Positions 1 through 16,049 of a DNA stretch of 64,000 nucleotides are shown piece after piece. Origin of the DNA: Eledone cirrhosa (lineage: Eukaryota); assembly GCA_964016885.1 (NCBI GenBank), contig CAXHJY010000530.1, positions 1-64,000 on the forward strand. Direction: 5' to 3'. Made by a program: the position numbers and the translations under genes. The stretch's first letter is position 1. Each line of letters begins with the position of its first letter. Below the pieces are notes generated by a model. The model was not told where the DNA came from. It was given only the letters and a program-made list of their open reading frames with translations, and did not search any database.

Positions 1-3000
1 TGAACAGGTTAGATGATAACAACAACTGGGAAGACTGGAAACTGAGTAGATGATACTAACAACTGGGAAGACTGGAACAGGTAGATGATACCAACAACTG
101 GAATACTGGAACAGGTAGATGATACTAACAACTGGGAAGACTGGAACAGGTAGATGATACCAACAACTGGGAAGACTGGAACAGGTAGTGATACTAACAA
201 CTGGGAAGACTGGAACAGGTAGATGATACCAACAACTGGGAAGACTGGAACAGGTAGATGATACCAACAACTGGGAAGACTGGAACAGGTAGATGATACT
301 AACAACTGGGAAGACTGGAACAGGTAGATGATACTAACAACTGGGAAGACTGGAACAGGTAGATGATACCACAACTGGGAAGACTGGAACAGGTAGTTGA
401 TACCAACAACTGGAAGACTGGAACAGGTAGATGATACTAACAACTGGGAAGACTGGAACAGGTAGATGATACCAACAACTGGGAAGACTGGAACAGGTAG
501 ATGATACTAACAACTGGGAAGACTGGAACAGGTAGATGATACCAACAACTGGGAAGACTGGAACAGGTAGATGATACTAACAACTGGGAAGACTGGAACA
601 GGTAGATGATACCAACAACTGGGAAGACTGGAACAGGTAGATGATACCAACAACTGGGAAGACTGGAACAGGTAGATGATACTAACAACTGGGAAGACTG
701 GAACAGGTAGAGATACCAACAACTGGGAAGACTGGAACAGGTAGATGATACCAACAACTGGGAAGACTGGAAAAGGTAGATGATACCAACAACTGGAAGA
801 CTGGAACAGGTAGATGATACCAACAACTGGGGAAGACTGGAACAGGTAGATGATACCAACAACTGGGAAGACTGGAACAGGTAGATGATACCAACAACTG
901 GGAAGACTGGAACAGGTAGATGATACAACAACTGGGAAGACTGGAACAGGTAGATGATACCAACAACTGGGAAGACTGGAACAGGTAGATGATACCAACA
1001 ACTGGGAAGACTGAACAGGTAGATATACCAACAACTGGGAAGACTGGAACAGGTAGATGATACTAACAACTGGGAAGGACTGGAACAGGTAGATGATACC
1101 AACAACTGGGAAGACTGGAACAGGTAGATGATACCAACAACTGGGAAGACTGGAACAGGTAGATGATACCAACAACTGGGAAGACTGGAACAGGTAGATG
1201 ATACCAACAACTGGGAAGACTGGAACAGGTAGATGATACTAACAACTGGAAGACTGAACAGGTAGATGATACCAACAACTGGGAAGACTGGAACAGGTAG
1301 ATGATACCAACAACTGGGAAGACTGGAACAGGTAGATGATACCAACAACTGGGAAGACTGGAACAGGTAGATGATACCAACAACTGGGAAGACTGGAACA
1401 GGTAGATGATACTAACAACTGGGAAGACTGGAACAGGTAGATGATACCAACAACTGGGAAGACTGGAACAGGTAGATGATACTAACAACTGGGAAGACTG
1501 GAACAGGTAGATGATACAACAACTGGGAAGACTAGAACAGGTAGATGATACCAACAACTGGGAAGACTGGAACAGGTAGATGATACCAACAACTGGGAAG
1601 ACTGGAACAGATAGATGATACTAACAACTGGAAGACTGGAACAGGTAGATGATACTAACAACTGGAAGACTGGAACAGGTAGATGATACTAACAACTGGG
1701 AAGACTGGAACAGGTAGATGATACCAATAACTGGGTAGACTGGAACAGGTAGATGATACTAACAACTGGGAAGACTGGAACAGGTAGATGATAACAACAA
1801 CTGGAAGACTGGAACAGGTAGATGATACTAACAACTGGGAAGACTGGAACAGCTAGATGATACCAACAACTGGGAAGACTGGAACAGGTAGATGATACTA
1901 ACAACTGGGAAGACTGGAACAGGTAGATGATACCAACAACTGGGAAGACTGGAACAGGTAGATGATACTAACAACTGGGAAGACTGGAACAGGTAGATGA
2001 TACCAACAACTGGGAAGACTGGAACAGGTAGATGATACCAACAACTGGGAAGACTGGAACAGGTAGATGATACTAACAACTGGGAAGACTGGAACAGGTA
2101 GATGATACTAACAACTGGGAAGACTGGAACAGGTAGATGATACCAACAACTGGGAAGACTGGAACAGGTAGATGATACCAACAACTGGGAAGACTGGAAC
2201 AGGTAGATGATACTAACAACTGGGAAGACTGGAACAGGTAGAAGATACCAACAACTGGGAAGACTGGAACAGGTAGATGATACTAACAACTGGGAAGACT
2301 GGAACAGGTAGATGATACCAACAACTGGGAAGACTGGAACAGGTAGATCATACTAACAACTGGGAAGACTGGAACAGGTAGATGATACCAACAACTGCGA
2401 AGACTGGAACAGGTAGATGATACCAACAACTGGGAAGACTGGAACAGGTAGATGATACTAACAACTGGGAAGACTGGAACAGGTAGATGATACTAACAAC
2501 TGGGAAGACTGGAACAGGTAGATGATACCAACAACTGGGAAGACTGGAACAGGTAGATGATACCAACAACTGGGAAGACTGGAACAGGTAGATGATACTA
2601 ACAACTGGGAAGACTGGAACAGGTAGAAGATACCAACAACTGGGAAGACTGGAACAGGTAGATGATACTAACAACTGGAAGACTGGAACAGGTAGATGAT
2701 ACCAACAACTGGGAAGACTGGAACAGGTAGATGATACTAACAACTGGGAAGACTGGAACAGGTAGAAGATACCAACAACTGGGAAGACTGGAACAGGTAG
2801 ATGATACTAACAACTGGGAAGACTGGAACAGGTAGATGATACCAACAACTGGGAAGACTGGAACAGGTAGATCATACTAACAACTGGGAAGACTGGAACA
2901 GGTAGATGATACCAACAACTGCGAAGACTGGAACAGGTAGATGATACCAACAACTGGGAAGACTGGAACAGGTAGATGATACTAACAACTGGGAAGACTG

Positions 3001-6000
3001 GAACAGGTAGATGATACCAACAACTGGGAAGACTGGAACAGGTAGATGATACCAACAACTGGGAAGACTGGAACAGGTAGATGATACCAACAACTGGGAA
3101 GACTGGAACAGGTAGATGATACCAACAACTGGGAAGACTGGAAACAGGTAGATGATACTAACAACTGGGAAGACTGGAACAGGTAGATGATACCAACAAC
3201 TGGGAAGACTGGAACAGGTAGATGATACCAACAACTGGGAAGACTGGAACAGGTAGATGATACCAACAACTGGGAAGACTGGAACAGGTAGATGATACTA
3301 ACAACTGGGAAGACTGGAACAGGTAGATGATACCAACAACTGGGAAGACTAGAACAGGTAGATGATACCAACAACTGGGAAGACTGGAACAGGTAGATGA
3401 TACTAACAACTGGGAAGACTGGAACAGGTAGATGATACCAACAACTGGGAAGACTGGAACAGGTAGATGATACCAACAACTGGGAAGACTGGAACAGGTA
3501 GATGATACTAACAACTGGGAAGACTGGAACAGGTAGATGAACCAACAACTGGGAAGACTGAACAGGTAGATGATACTAACAACTGGGAAGACTGGAACAG
3601 GTAGATGATACCAACAACTGGGAAGACTAGAACAGGTAGATGATACCAACAACTGGGAAGACTGGAACAGGTAGATGATACCAACAACTGGGAAGACTGG
3701 AACAGGTAGATGATACTAACAACTGGGAAGACTGGAACAGGTAGATGATACTAACAACTGGGAAGACTGGAACAGGTAGATGATACTAACAACTGGGAAG
3801 ACTGGAACAGGTAGATGATACCAATAACTGGGTAGACTGGAACAGGTAGATGATACTAACAACTGGGAAGACTGGAACAGGTAGATGATAACAACAACTG
3901 GGAAGACTGGAACAGGTAGATGATACTAACAACTGGGAAGACTGGAACAGGTAGATGATACCAACAACTGGGAAGACTGGAACAGGTAGATGATACTAAC
4001 AACTGGGAAGACTGGAACAGGTAGATGATACCAACAACTGGGAAGACTGGAACAGGTAGATGATACTAACAACTGGGAAGACTGGAACAGGTAGATGATA
4101 CCAACAACTGGGAAGACTGGAACAGGTAGATGATACCAACAACTGGGAAGACTGGAACAGGTAGATGATACTAACAACTGGGAAGACTGGAACAGGTAGA
4201 TGATACTAACAACTGGGAAGACTGGAACAGGTAGATGATACCAACAACTGGGAAGACTGGAACAGGTAGATGATACCAACAACTGGGAAGACTGGAACAG
4301 GTAGATGATACTAACAACTGGGAAGACTGGAACAGGTAGAAGATACCAACAACTGGGAAGACTGGAACAGGTAGATGATACTAACAACTGGGAAGACTGG
4401 AACAGGTAGATGATACCAACAACTGGGAAGACTGGAACAGGTAGATCATACTAACAACTGGGAAGACTGGAACAGGTAGATGATACCAACAACTGCGAAG
4501 ACTGGAACAGGTAGATGATACCAACAACTGGGAAGACTGGAACAGGTAGATGATACTAACAACTGGGAAGACTGGAACAGGTAGATGATACCAACAACTG
4601 GGAAGACTGGAACAGGTAGATGATACCAACAACTGGGAAGACTGGAACAGGTAGATGATACCAACAACTGGGAAGACTAGAACAGGTAGATGATACCAAC
4701 AACTGGGAAGACTGGAACAGGTAGATGATACTAACAACTGGGAAGACTGGAACAGGTAGAAGATACCAACAACTGGGAAGACTGGAACAGGTAGATGATA
4801 CTAACAACTGGGAAGACTGGAACAGGTAGATGATACTAACAACTGGAAGACTGGAACAGGTAGAAGATACCAACAACTGGGAAGACTGGAACAGGTAGAT
4901 GATACTAACAACTGGGAAGACTAGAACAGGTAGATGATACCAACAACTGGGAAGACTGGAACAGGTAGATGATACCAACAACTGGGAAGACTGGAACAGG
5001 TAGATGATACCAACAACTGGGAAGACTGGAACAGGTAGATGATACCAACAACTGGGAAGACTGGAACAGGTAGATGATACTAACAACTGGAAGACTGGAA
5101 CAGGTAGATGATACCAACAACTGGGAAGACTAGAACAGGTAGATGATACCAACAACTGGGAAGACTGGAACAGGTAGATGATACTAACAACTGGGAAGAC
5201 TGGAACAGGTAGATGATACCAACAACTGGGAAGACTGGAACAGGTAGATGATACCAACAACTGGGAAGACTGGAACAGGTAGATGATACTAACAACTGGG
5301 AAGACTGGAACAGGTAGATGATACCAACAACTGGGAAGACTGGAACAGGTAGATGATACTAACAACTGGGAAGACTGGAACAGGTAGATGATACCAACAA
5401 CTGGGAAGACTAGAACAGGTAGATGATACCAACAACTGGGAAGACTGGAACAGGTAGATGATACCAACAACTGGGAAGACTGGAACAGGTAGATGATACT
5501 AACAACTGGGAAGACTGGAACAGGTAGATGATACTAACAACTGGGAAGACTGGAACAGGTAGATGATACTAACAACTGGGAAGACTGGAACAGGTAGATG
5601 ATACCAATAACTGGGTAGACTGGAACAGGTAGATGATACTAACAACTGGGAAGACTGGAACAGGTAGATGATAACAACAACTGGGAAGACTGGAACAGGT
5701 AGATGATACTAACAACTGGGAAGACTAGAACAGGTAGATGATACCAACAACTGGGAAGACTGGAACAGGTAGATGATACTAACAACTGGGAAGACTGGAA
5801 CAGGTAGATGATACCAACAACTGGGAAGACTGGAACAGGTAGATGATACTAACAACTGGGAAGACTGGAACAGGTAGATGATACCAACAACTGGGAAGAC
5901 TGGAACAGGTAGATGATACCAACAACTGGGAAGACTGGAACAGGTAGATGATACTAACAACTGGGAAGACTGGAACAGGTAGATGATACTAACAACTGGG

Positions 6001-7110
6001 AAGACTGGAACAGGTAGATGATACCAACAACTGGGAAGACTGGAACAGGTAGATGATACCAACAACTGGGAAGACTGGAACAGGTAGATGATACTAACAA
6101 CTGGGAAGACTGGAACAGGTAGAAGATACCAACAACTGGGAAGACTGGAACAGGTAGATGATACTAACAACTGGGAAGACTGGAACAGGTAGATGATACC
6201 AACAACTGGGGAAGACTGGAACAGGTAGATCATACTAACAACTGGGAAGACTGGAACAGGTAGATGATACCAACAACTGCGAAGACTGGAACAGGTAGAT
6301 GATACCAACAACTGGGAAGACTGGAACAGGTAGATGATACTAACAACTGGGAAGACTGGAACAGGTAGATGATACCAACAACTGGGAAGACTGGAACAGG
6401 TAGATGATACCAACAACTGGAAGACTGGAACAGGTAGATGATACCAACAACTGGGAAGACTGGAACAGGTAGATGATACCAACAACTGGGAAGACTGGAA
6501 CAGGTAGATGATACTAACAACTGGGAAGACTGGAACAGGTAGATGATACCAACAACTGGGAAGACTAGAACAGGTAGATGATACCAACAACTGGGGAGAC
6601 TGGAACAGGTAGATGATACCAACAACTGGGAAGACTGGAACAGGTAGATGATACCAATAACTGGGAAGACTGGAACAGGTAGATGATACTAACAACTGGG
6701 AAGACTGGAACAGGCAGATGATACTACAACTGGGAAGACTGGAACAGGTAGAAGATACTAACAACTGGGAAGACTGGAACAGGTAGATGATACCAACAAC
6801 TGGGTAGACTGGAACAGGTAGATGATACTAAAAACTGGAAGACTGAAACAGGTAGATGATACTAACAACTGGGAAGACTGGAACGGGTAGATGATACTAA
6901 CAACTGGAAGACTGGAACAGGTAGATGATACCAACAACTGGGAAGACTGGAACAGGTAGATGATACTAACAACTGGGAAGACTGGGAACAGGTAGATGAT
7001 ACCAACAACTGGAAGACTGGAACAGGTAGATGATACTAACAACTGGGAAGACTGGAACAGGTAGATGATACCAACAACTGGGAAGACTGGAACAGGTAGA
7101 TGATACAACA
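1..7110. other. Indel-rich segment of the satellite (34- and 36-bp monomers), probably low-accuracy consensus near a contig or read end
   Basis: Many 1-bp losses and gains, mostly in homopolymers (ctggaag for ctgggaag, ctggggaag, ctgaacagg, gatacaac). The last one seen is at ~7105; none were seen afterwards. Confidence 0.8.
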
Positions 7111-7949
7111 ACTGGGAAGACTGGAACAGGTAGATGATACTAACAACTGGGAAGACTGGAACAGGTAGATGATACCAACAACTGGGAAGACTGGAACAGG
7201 TAGATGATACCAACAACTGGGAAGACTGGAACAGGTAGATGATACCAACAACTGGGAAGACTGGAACAGGTAGATGATACCAATAACTGGGAAGACTGGA
7301 ACAGGTAGATGATACTAACAACTGGGAAGACTGGAACAGGCAGATGATACTAACAACTGGGAAGACTGGAACAGGTAGAAGATACTAACAACTGGGAAGA
7401 CTGGAACAGGTAGATGATACCAACAACTGGGTAGACTGGAACAGGTAGATGATACTAAAAACTGGGAAGACTGAAACAGGTAGATGATACTAACAACTGG
7501 GAAGACTGGAACGGGTAGATGATACTAACAACTGGGAAGACTGGAACAGGTAGATGATACCAACAACTGGGAAGACTGGAACAGGTAGATGATACTAACA
7601 ACTGGGAAGACTGGAACAGGTAGATGATACCAACAACTGGGAAGACTGGAACAGGTAGATGATACTAACAACTGGGAAGACTGGAACAGGTAGATGATAC
7701 CAACAACTGGGAAGACTGGAACAGGTAGATGATACCAACAACTGGGAAGACTGGAACAGGTAGATGATACTAACAACTGGGAAGACTGGAACAGGTAGAT
7801 GATACCAACAACTGGGAAGACTGGAACAGGTAGATGATACCAACAACTGGGAAGACTGGAACAGGTAGATGATACCAACAACTGGGAAGACTGGAACAGG
7901 TAGATGATACCAACAACTGGGAAGACTGGAACAGGTAGATGATACCAAC

Positions 7950-10900
7950 AACTGGGAAGACTGGAACAGGTAGATGATACCAACAACTGGGAAGACTGGA
8001 ACAGGTAGATGATACCAATAACTGGGAAGACTGAAACAGGCAGATGATACTAACAACTGGGAAGACTGGAACAGGCAGATGATACTAACAACTGGGAAGA
8101 CTGGAACAGGTAGAAGATACTAACAACTGGGAAGACTGGAACAGGTAGATGATACCAACAACTGGGTAGACTGGAACGGGTAGATGATACTAACAACTGG
8201 GAAGACTGAAACAGGTAGATGATAATAACAACTGGGAAGACTGAAACAGGTAAATGATACCAACAACTGGGAAGACTGGAACAGTCAGATGATACTAACA
8301 ACTGGGAAGACTGGAACAGGTTGATGATACTAACAACTGGGAAGACTGGAACAGGTAGATGATACCAATAACTGGGAAGACTGGAACAGGTAGATGATAC
8401 TAACAACTGGGAAGACTGGAACAGGTAGATGATACCAACAACTGGGAAGACTGGAACAGGTAGATGATACTAACAACTGGGAAGACTGGAACAGGTAGAT
8501 GATACCAACAACTGGGAAGACTGGAACAGGTAGATGATACTAACAACTGGGAAGACTGGAACAGGTAGATGATACCAACAATTGGGAAGACTGGAACAGG
8601 TAGATGATACTAACAACTGGGAAGACTGGAACAGGTAGATGATACCAACAACTGGGAAGACTGGAACAGGTAGATGATACCAACAACTGGGAAGACTGGA
8701 ACAGGTAGATGATACTAACAACTGGGAAGACTGGAACAGGTAGATGATACCAACAACTGGGAAGGCTGGAACAGGTAGATGATACCAACAACTGGGAAGA
8801 CTGGAACAGGTAGATGATACCAACAACTGGGAAGACTGGAACAGGTAGATGATACCAACAACTGGGAAGACTGGAACAGGTAGATGATAACAACAACTGG
8901 GAAGACTGGAACAGGTAGATGATACTAACAACTGGGAAGACTGGAACAGGTAGATGATACCAACAACTGGGAAGACTGGAACAGGTAGATGATACTAACA
9001 ACTGGGAAGACTGGAACAGGTAGATGATACTAACAACTGGGAAGACTGCAACAGGTAAATGATACTAACAACTGGGAAGACTGGAACAGGTAGATGATAC
9101 CAATAACTGGGTAGACTGGAACAGGTAGATGATACTAACAACTGGGAAGACTGGAACAGGTAGATGATAACAACAACTGGGAAGACTGGAACAGGTAGAT
9201 GATACTAACAACTGGGAAGACTGGAACAGGTAGATGATACCAACAACTGGGAAGACTGGAACAGGTAGATGATACTAACAACTGGGAAGACTGGAACAGG
9301 TAGATGATACTAACAACTGGGAAGACTGCAACAGGTAGATGATACTAACAACTGGGAAGACTGGAACAGGTAGATGATACCAATAACTGGGTAGACTGGA
9401 ACAGGTAGATGATACTAACAACTGGGAAGACTGGAACAGGTAGATGATAACAACAACTGGGAAGACTGGAACAGGTAGATGATACTAACAACTGGGCAGA
9501 CTGGAACAGGTAGATGATACCAACAACTGGGAAGACTGGAACAAGTAGATGATACTAACAACTGGGAAGACTGGAACAGGTAGATGATACCAACAACTGG
9601 GAAGACTGGAACAGGTAGATGATACCAACAACTGGGAAGACTGGAACAGGTAGATGATACCAACAACTGGGAAGACTAGAACAGGTAGATGATACTAACA
9701 ACTGGGAAGACTGGAACAGGTAGAAGATACCAACAACTGGGAAGACTGGAACAGGTAGATGATACTAACAACTGGGAAGACTGGAACAGGTAGATGATAC
9801 TAACAACTGGGAAGACTGGAACAGGTAGATGATACCAACAACTGGGAAGACTGGAACAGGTAGATGATACCAACAACTGGGAAGACTGGAACAGGTAGAT
9901 GATACTAACAACTGGGAAGACTGGAACAGGTAGAAGATACCAACAACTGGGAAGACTGGAACAGGTAGATGATACTAACACCTGGGAAGACTGGAACAGG
10001 TAGATGATACCAACAACTGGGAAGACTGGAACAGGTAGATCATACTATCAACTGGGAAGACTGGAACAGGTAGATGATACTAACAACTGGGAAGACTGGA
10101 ACAGGTAGATGATACCAATAACTGGGTAGACTGGAACAGGTAGATGATACTAACAACTGGGAAGACTGGAACAGGTAGATGATAACAACAACTGGGAAGA
10201 CTGGAACAGGTAGATGATACTAACAACTGGGAAGACTGGAACAGGTAGATGATACCAACAACTGGGAAGACTGGAACAGGTAGATGATACTAACAACTGG
10301 GAAGACTGGAACAGGTAGATGATACCAACAACTGGGAAGACTGGAACAGGTAGATGATACCAACAACTGGGAAGACTGGAACAGGTAGATGATACCAACA
10401 ACTGGGAAGACTAGAACAGGTAGATGATACTAACAACTGGGAAGACTGGAACAGGTAGAAGATACCAACAACTGGGAAGACTGGAACAGGTAGATGATAC
10501 TAACAACTGGGAAGACTGGAACAGGTAGATGATACCAACAACTGGGAAGACTGGAACAGGTAGATGATACCAACAACTGGGAAGACTGGAACAGGTAGAT
10601 GATACTAACAACTGGGAAGACTGGAACAGGTAGAAGATACCAACAACTGGGAAGACTGGAACAGGTAGATGATACTAACAACTGGGAAGACTGGAACAGG
10701 TAGATGATACCAACAACTGGGAAGACTGGAACAGGTAGATCATACTAACAACTGGGAAGACTGGAACAGGTAGATGATACCAACAACTGCGAAGACTAGA
10801 ACAGGTAGATGATACCAACAACTGGGAAGACTGGAACAGGTAGATGATACTAACAACTGGGAAGACTGGAACAGGTAGATGATACCAACAACTGGGAAGA

Positions 10901-13900
10901 CTGGAACAGGTAGATGATACCAACAACTGGGAAGACTGGAACAGGTAGATGATACCAACAACTGGGAAGACTGGAACAGGTAGATGATACCAACAACTGG
11001 GAAGACTGGAACAGGTAGATGATACTAACAACTGGGAAGACTGGAACAGGTAGATGATACCAACAACTGGGAAGACTAGAACAGGTAGATGATACCAACA
11101 ACTGGGAAGACTGGAACAGGTAGATGATACCAACAACTGGGAAGACTGGAACAGGTAGATGATACCAATAACTGGGAAGACTGGAACAGGTAGATGATAC
11201 TAACAACTGGGAAGACTGGAACAGGCAGATGATACTAACAACTGGGAAGACTGGAACAGGTAGAAGATACTAACAACTGGGAAGACTGGAACAGGTAGAT
11301 GATACCAACAACTGGGTAGACTGGAACGGGTAGATGATACTAACAACTGGGAAGACTGGAACAGGTAGATGATACCAACAACTGGGAAGACTGGAACAGG
11401 TAGATGATACTAACAACTGGGAAGACTGGAACAGGTAGATGATACCAACAACTGGGAAGACTGGAACAGGTAGATGATACCAACAACTGGGAAGACTGGA
11501 ACAGGTAGATGATACTAACAACTGGGAAGACTGGAACAGGTAGATGATACCAACAACTGGGAAGACTGGAACAGGTAGATGATACCAACAACTGGGAAGA
11601 CTGGAACAGGTAGATGATACCAACAACTGGGAAGACTGGAACAGGTAGATGATACCAACAACTGGGAAGACTGGAACAGGTAGATGATACTAACAACTGG
11701 GAAGACTGGAACAGGTAGATGATACCAACAACTGGGAAGACTGGAACAGGTAGATGATACCAACAACTGGGAAGACTGGAACAGGTAGATGATACCAACA
11801 ACTGGGAAGACTGGAACAGGTAGATGATACCAATAACTGGGAAGACTGAAACAGGCAGATGATACTAACAACTGGGAAGACTGGAACAGGCAGATGATAC
11901 TAACAACTGGGAAGACTGGAACAGGTAGAAGATACTAACAACTGGGAAGACTGGAACAGGTAGATGATACCAACAACTGGGTAGACTGGAACGGGTAGAT
12001 GATACTAACAACTGGGAAGACGGAAACAGGTAGATGATAATAACAACTGGGAAGACTGAAACAGGTAAATGATACTAACAACTGGGAAGACTGGAACAGG
12101 TAGATGATACTAACAACTGGGAAGACTGGAACAGGTTGATGATACTAACAACTGGGAAGAATGGAACAGGTAGATGATACCAATAACTGGGAAGACTGGA
12201 ACAGGTAGATGATACTAACAACTGGGAAGACTGGAACAGGTAGATGATACCAACAACTGGGAAGACTGGAACAGGTAGATGATACTAACAACTGGGAAGA
12301 CTGGAACAGGTAGATGATACCAACAACTGGGAAGACTGGAACAGGTAGATGATACTAACAACTGGGAAGACTGGAACAGGTAGATGATACCAACAATTGG
12401 GAAGACTGGAACAGGTAGATGATACTAACAACTGGGAAGACTGGAACAGGTAGATGATACCAACAACTGGGAAGACTGGAACAGGTAGATGATACCAACA
12501 ACTGGGAAGACTGGAACAGGTAGATGATACTAACAACTGGGAAGACTGGAACAGGTAGATGATACCAACAACTGGGAAGACTGGAACAGGTAGATGATAC
12601 CAACAACTGGGAAGACTGGAACAGGTAGATGATACCAACAACTGGGAAGACTGGAACAGGTAGATGATACCAACAACTGGGAAGACTGGAACAGGTAGAT
12701 GATACCAACAACTGGGAAGACTGGAACAGGTAGATGATAACAACAACTGGGAAGACTGGAACAGGTAGATGATACTAACAACTGGGAAGACTGGAACAGG
12801 TAGATGATACCAACAACTGGGAAGACTGGAACAGGTAGATGATACTAACAACTGGGAAGACTGGAACAGGTAGATGATACTAACAACTGGGAAGACTGCA
12901 ACAGGTAGATGATACTAACAACTGGGAAGACTGGAACAGGTAGATGATACCAATAACTGGGTAGACTGGAACAGGTAGATGATACTAACAACTGGGAAGA
13001 CTGGAACAGGTAGATGATAACAACAACTGGGAAGACTGGAACAGGTAGATGATACTAACAACTGGGAAGACTGGAACAGGTAGATGATACCAACAACTGG
13101 GAAGACTGGAACAGGTAGATGATACTAACAACTGGGAAGACTGGAACAGGTAGATGATACTAACAACTGGGAAGACTGCAACAGGTAGATGATACTAACA
13201 ACTGGGAAGACTGGAACAGGTAGATGATACCAATAACTGGGTAGACTGGAACAGGTAGATGATACTAACAACTGGGAAGACTGGAACAGGTAGATGATAA
13301 CAACAACTGGGAAGACTGGAACAGGTAGATGATACTAACAACTGGGCAGACTGGAACAGGTAGATGATACCAACAACTGGGAAGACTGGAACAGGTAGAT
13401 GATACTAACAACTGGGAAGACTGGAACAGGTAGATGATACCAACAACTGGGAAGACTGGAACAGGTAGATGATACCAACAACTGGGAAGACTGGAACAGG
13501 TAGATGATACCAACAACTGGGAAGACTAGAACAGGTAGATGATACTAACAACTGGGAAGACTGGAACAGGTAGAAGATACCAACAACTGGGAAGACTGGA
13601 ACAGGTAGATGATACTAACAACTGGGAAGACTGGAACAGGTAGATGATACTAACAACTGGGAAGACTGGAACAGGTAGATGATACCAACAACTGGGAAGA
13701 CTGGAACAGGTAGATGATACCAACAACTGGGAAGACTGGAACAGGTAGATGATACTAACAACTGGGAAGACTGGAACAGGTAGAAGATACCAACAACTGG
13801 GAAGACTGGAACAGGTAGATGATACTAACAACTGGGAAGACTGGAACAGGTAGATGATACCAACAACTGGGAAGACTGGAACAGGTAGATCATACTAACA

Positions 13901-15750
13901 ACTGGGAAGACTGGAACAGGTAGATGATACTAACAACTGGGAAGACTGGAACAGGTAGATGATACCAATAACTGGGTAGACTGGAACAGGTAGATGATAC
14001 TAACAACTGGGAAGACTGGAACAGGTAGATGATAACAACAACTGGGAAGACTGGAACAGGTAGATGATACTAACAACTGGGAAGACTGGAACAGGTAGAT
14101 GATACCAACAACTGGGAAGACTGGAACAGGTAGATGATACTAACAACTGGGAAGACTAGAACAGGTAGATGATACTAACAACTGGGAAGACTGGAACAGG
14201 TAGAAGATACCAACAACTGGGAAGACTGGAACAGGTAGATGATACTAACAACTGGGAAGACTGGAACAGGTAGATGATACTAACAACTGGGAAGACTGGA
14301 ACAGGTAGATGATACCAACAACTGGGAAGACTGGAACAGGTAGATGATACCAACAACTGGGAAGACTGGAACAGGTAGATGATACTAACAACTGGGAAGA
14401 CTGGAACAGGTAGAAGATACCAACAACTGGGAAGACTGGAACAGGTAGATGATACTAACAACTGGGAAGACTGGAACAGGTAGATGATACCAACAACTGG
14501 GAAGACTGGAACAGGTAGATCATACTAACAACTGGGAAGACTGGAACAGGTAGATGATACCAACAACTGCGAAGACTAGAACAGGTAGATGATACCAACA
14601 ACTGGGAAGACTGGAACAGGTAGATGATACTAACAACTGGGAAGACTGGAACAGGTAGATGATACCAACAACTGGGAAGACTGGAACAGGTAGATGATAC
14701 CAACAACTGGGAAGACTGGAACAGGTAGATGATACCAACAACTGGGAAGACTGGAACAGGTAGATGATACCAACAACTGGGAAGACTGGAACAGGTAGAT
14801 GATACTAACAACTGGGAAGACTGGAACAGGTAGATGATACCAACAACTGGGAAGACTAGAACAGGTAGATGATACCAACAACTGGGAAGACTGGAACAGA
14901 TAGATGATACCAACAACTGGGAAGACTGGAACAGGTAGATGATACCAATAACTGGGAAGACTGGAACAGGTAGATGATACTAACAACTGGGAAGACTGGA
15001 ACAGGCAGATGATACTAACAACTGGGAAGACTGGAACAGGTAGAAGATACTAACAACTGGGAAGACTGGAACAGGTAGATGATACCAACAACTGGGTAGA
15101 CTGGAACGGGTAGATGATACTAACAACTGGGAAGACTGAAACAGGTAGATGATAATAACAACTGGGAAGACTGAAACAGGTAAATGATACTAACAACTGG
15201 GAAGACTGGAACAGGTAGATGATACTAACAACTGGGAAGACTGGAACAGGTTGATGATACTAACAACTGGGAAGACTGGAACAGGTAGATGATACCAATA
15301 ACTGGGAAGACTGGAACAGGTAGATGATACTAACAACTGGGAAGACTGGAACAGGTAGATGATACCAACAACTGGGAAGACTGGAACAGGTAGATGATAC
15401 TAACAACTGGGAAGACTGGAACAGGTAGATGATACTAACAACTGGGAAGACTGGAACAGGTAGATGATACCAACAATTGGGAAGACTGGAACAGGTAGAT
15501 GATACTAACAACTGGGAAGACTGGAACAGGTAGATGATACCAACAACTGGGAAGACTGGAACAGGTAGATGATACCAACAACTGGGAAGACTGGAACAGG
15601 TAGATGATACTAACAACTGGGAAGACTGGAACAGGTAGATGATACCAACAACTGGGAAGACTGGAACAGGTAGATGATACCAACAACTGGGAAGACTGGA
15701 ACAGGTAGATGATACCAACAACTGGGAAGACTGGAACAGGTAGATGATAC
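7950..15750. repeat. Diverged tandem duplication with ~3,780-3,850 bp (108-110 monomer) period
   Basis: ctgcaa ~9046/12896, gggcaga ~9494/13344, ctgcgaagactaga ~10787/14567; ORFs 9415/13265 and 10675/14455. Confidence 0.85.
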
Positions 15751-16049
15751 CAACAACTGGGAAGACTGGAACAGGTAGATGATACCAACAACTGGGAAGA
15801 CTGGAACAGGTAGATGATACCAACAACTGGGAAGACTGGAACAGGTAGATGATACTAACAACTGGGAAGACTGGAACAGGTAGATGATACCAACAACTGG
15901 GAAGACTGGAACAGGTAGATGATACCAACAACTGGGAAGACTGGAACAGGTAGATGATACCAACAACTGGGAAGACTGGAACAGGTAGATGATACCAACA
16001 ACTGGGAAGACTGGAACAGGTAGATGATACCAACAACTGGGAAGACTGG

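Noticed and set aside
1-7110. Telomerase-type telomeric repeat at a chromosome end
   Set aside because: Variants are inherited in long duplicated blocks, which fits recombination rather than templated addition. The G-richer strand also reads away from the noisy left end. A satellite-type telomere, as in some Diptera, cannot be excluded.
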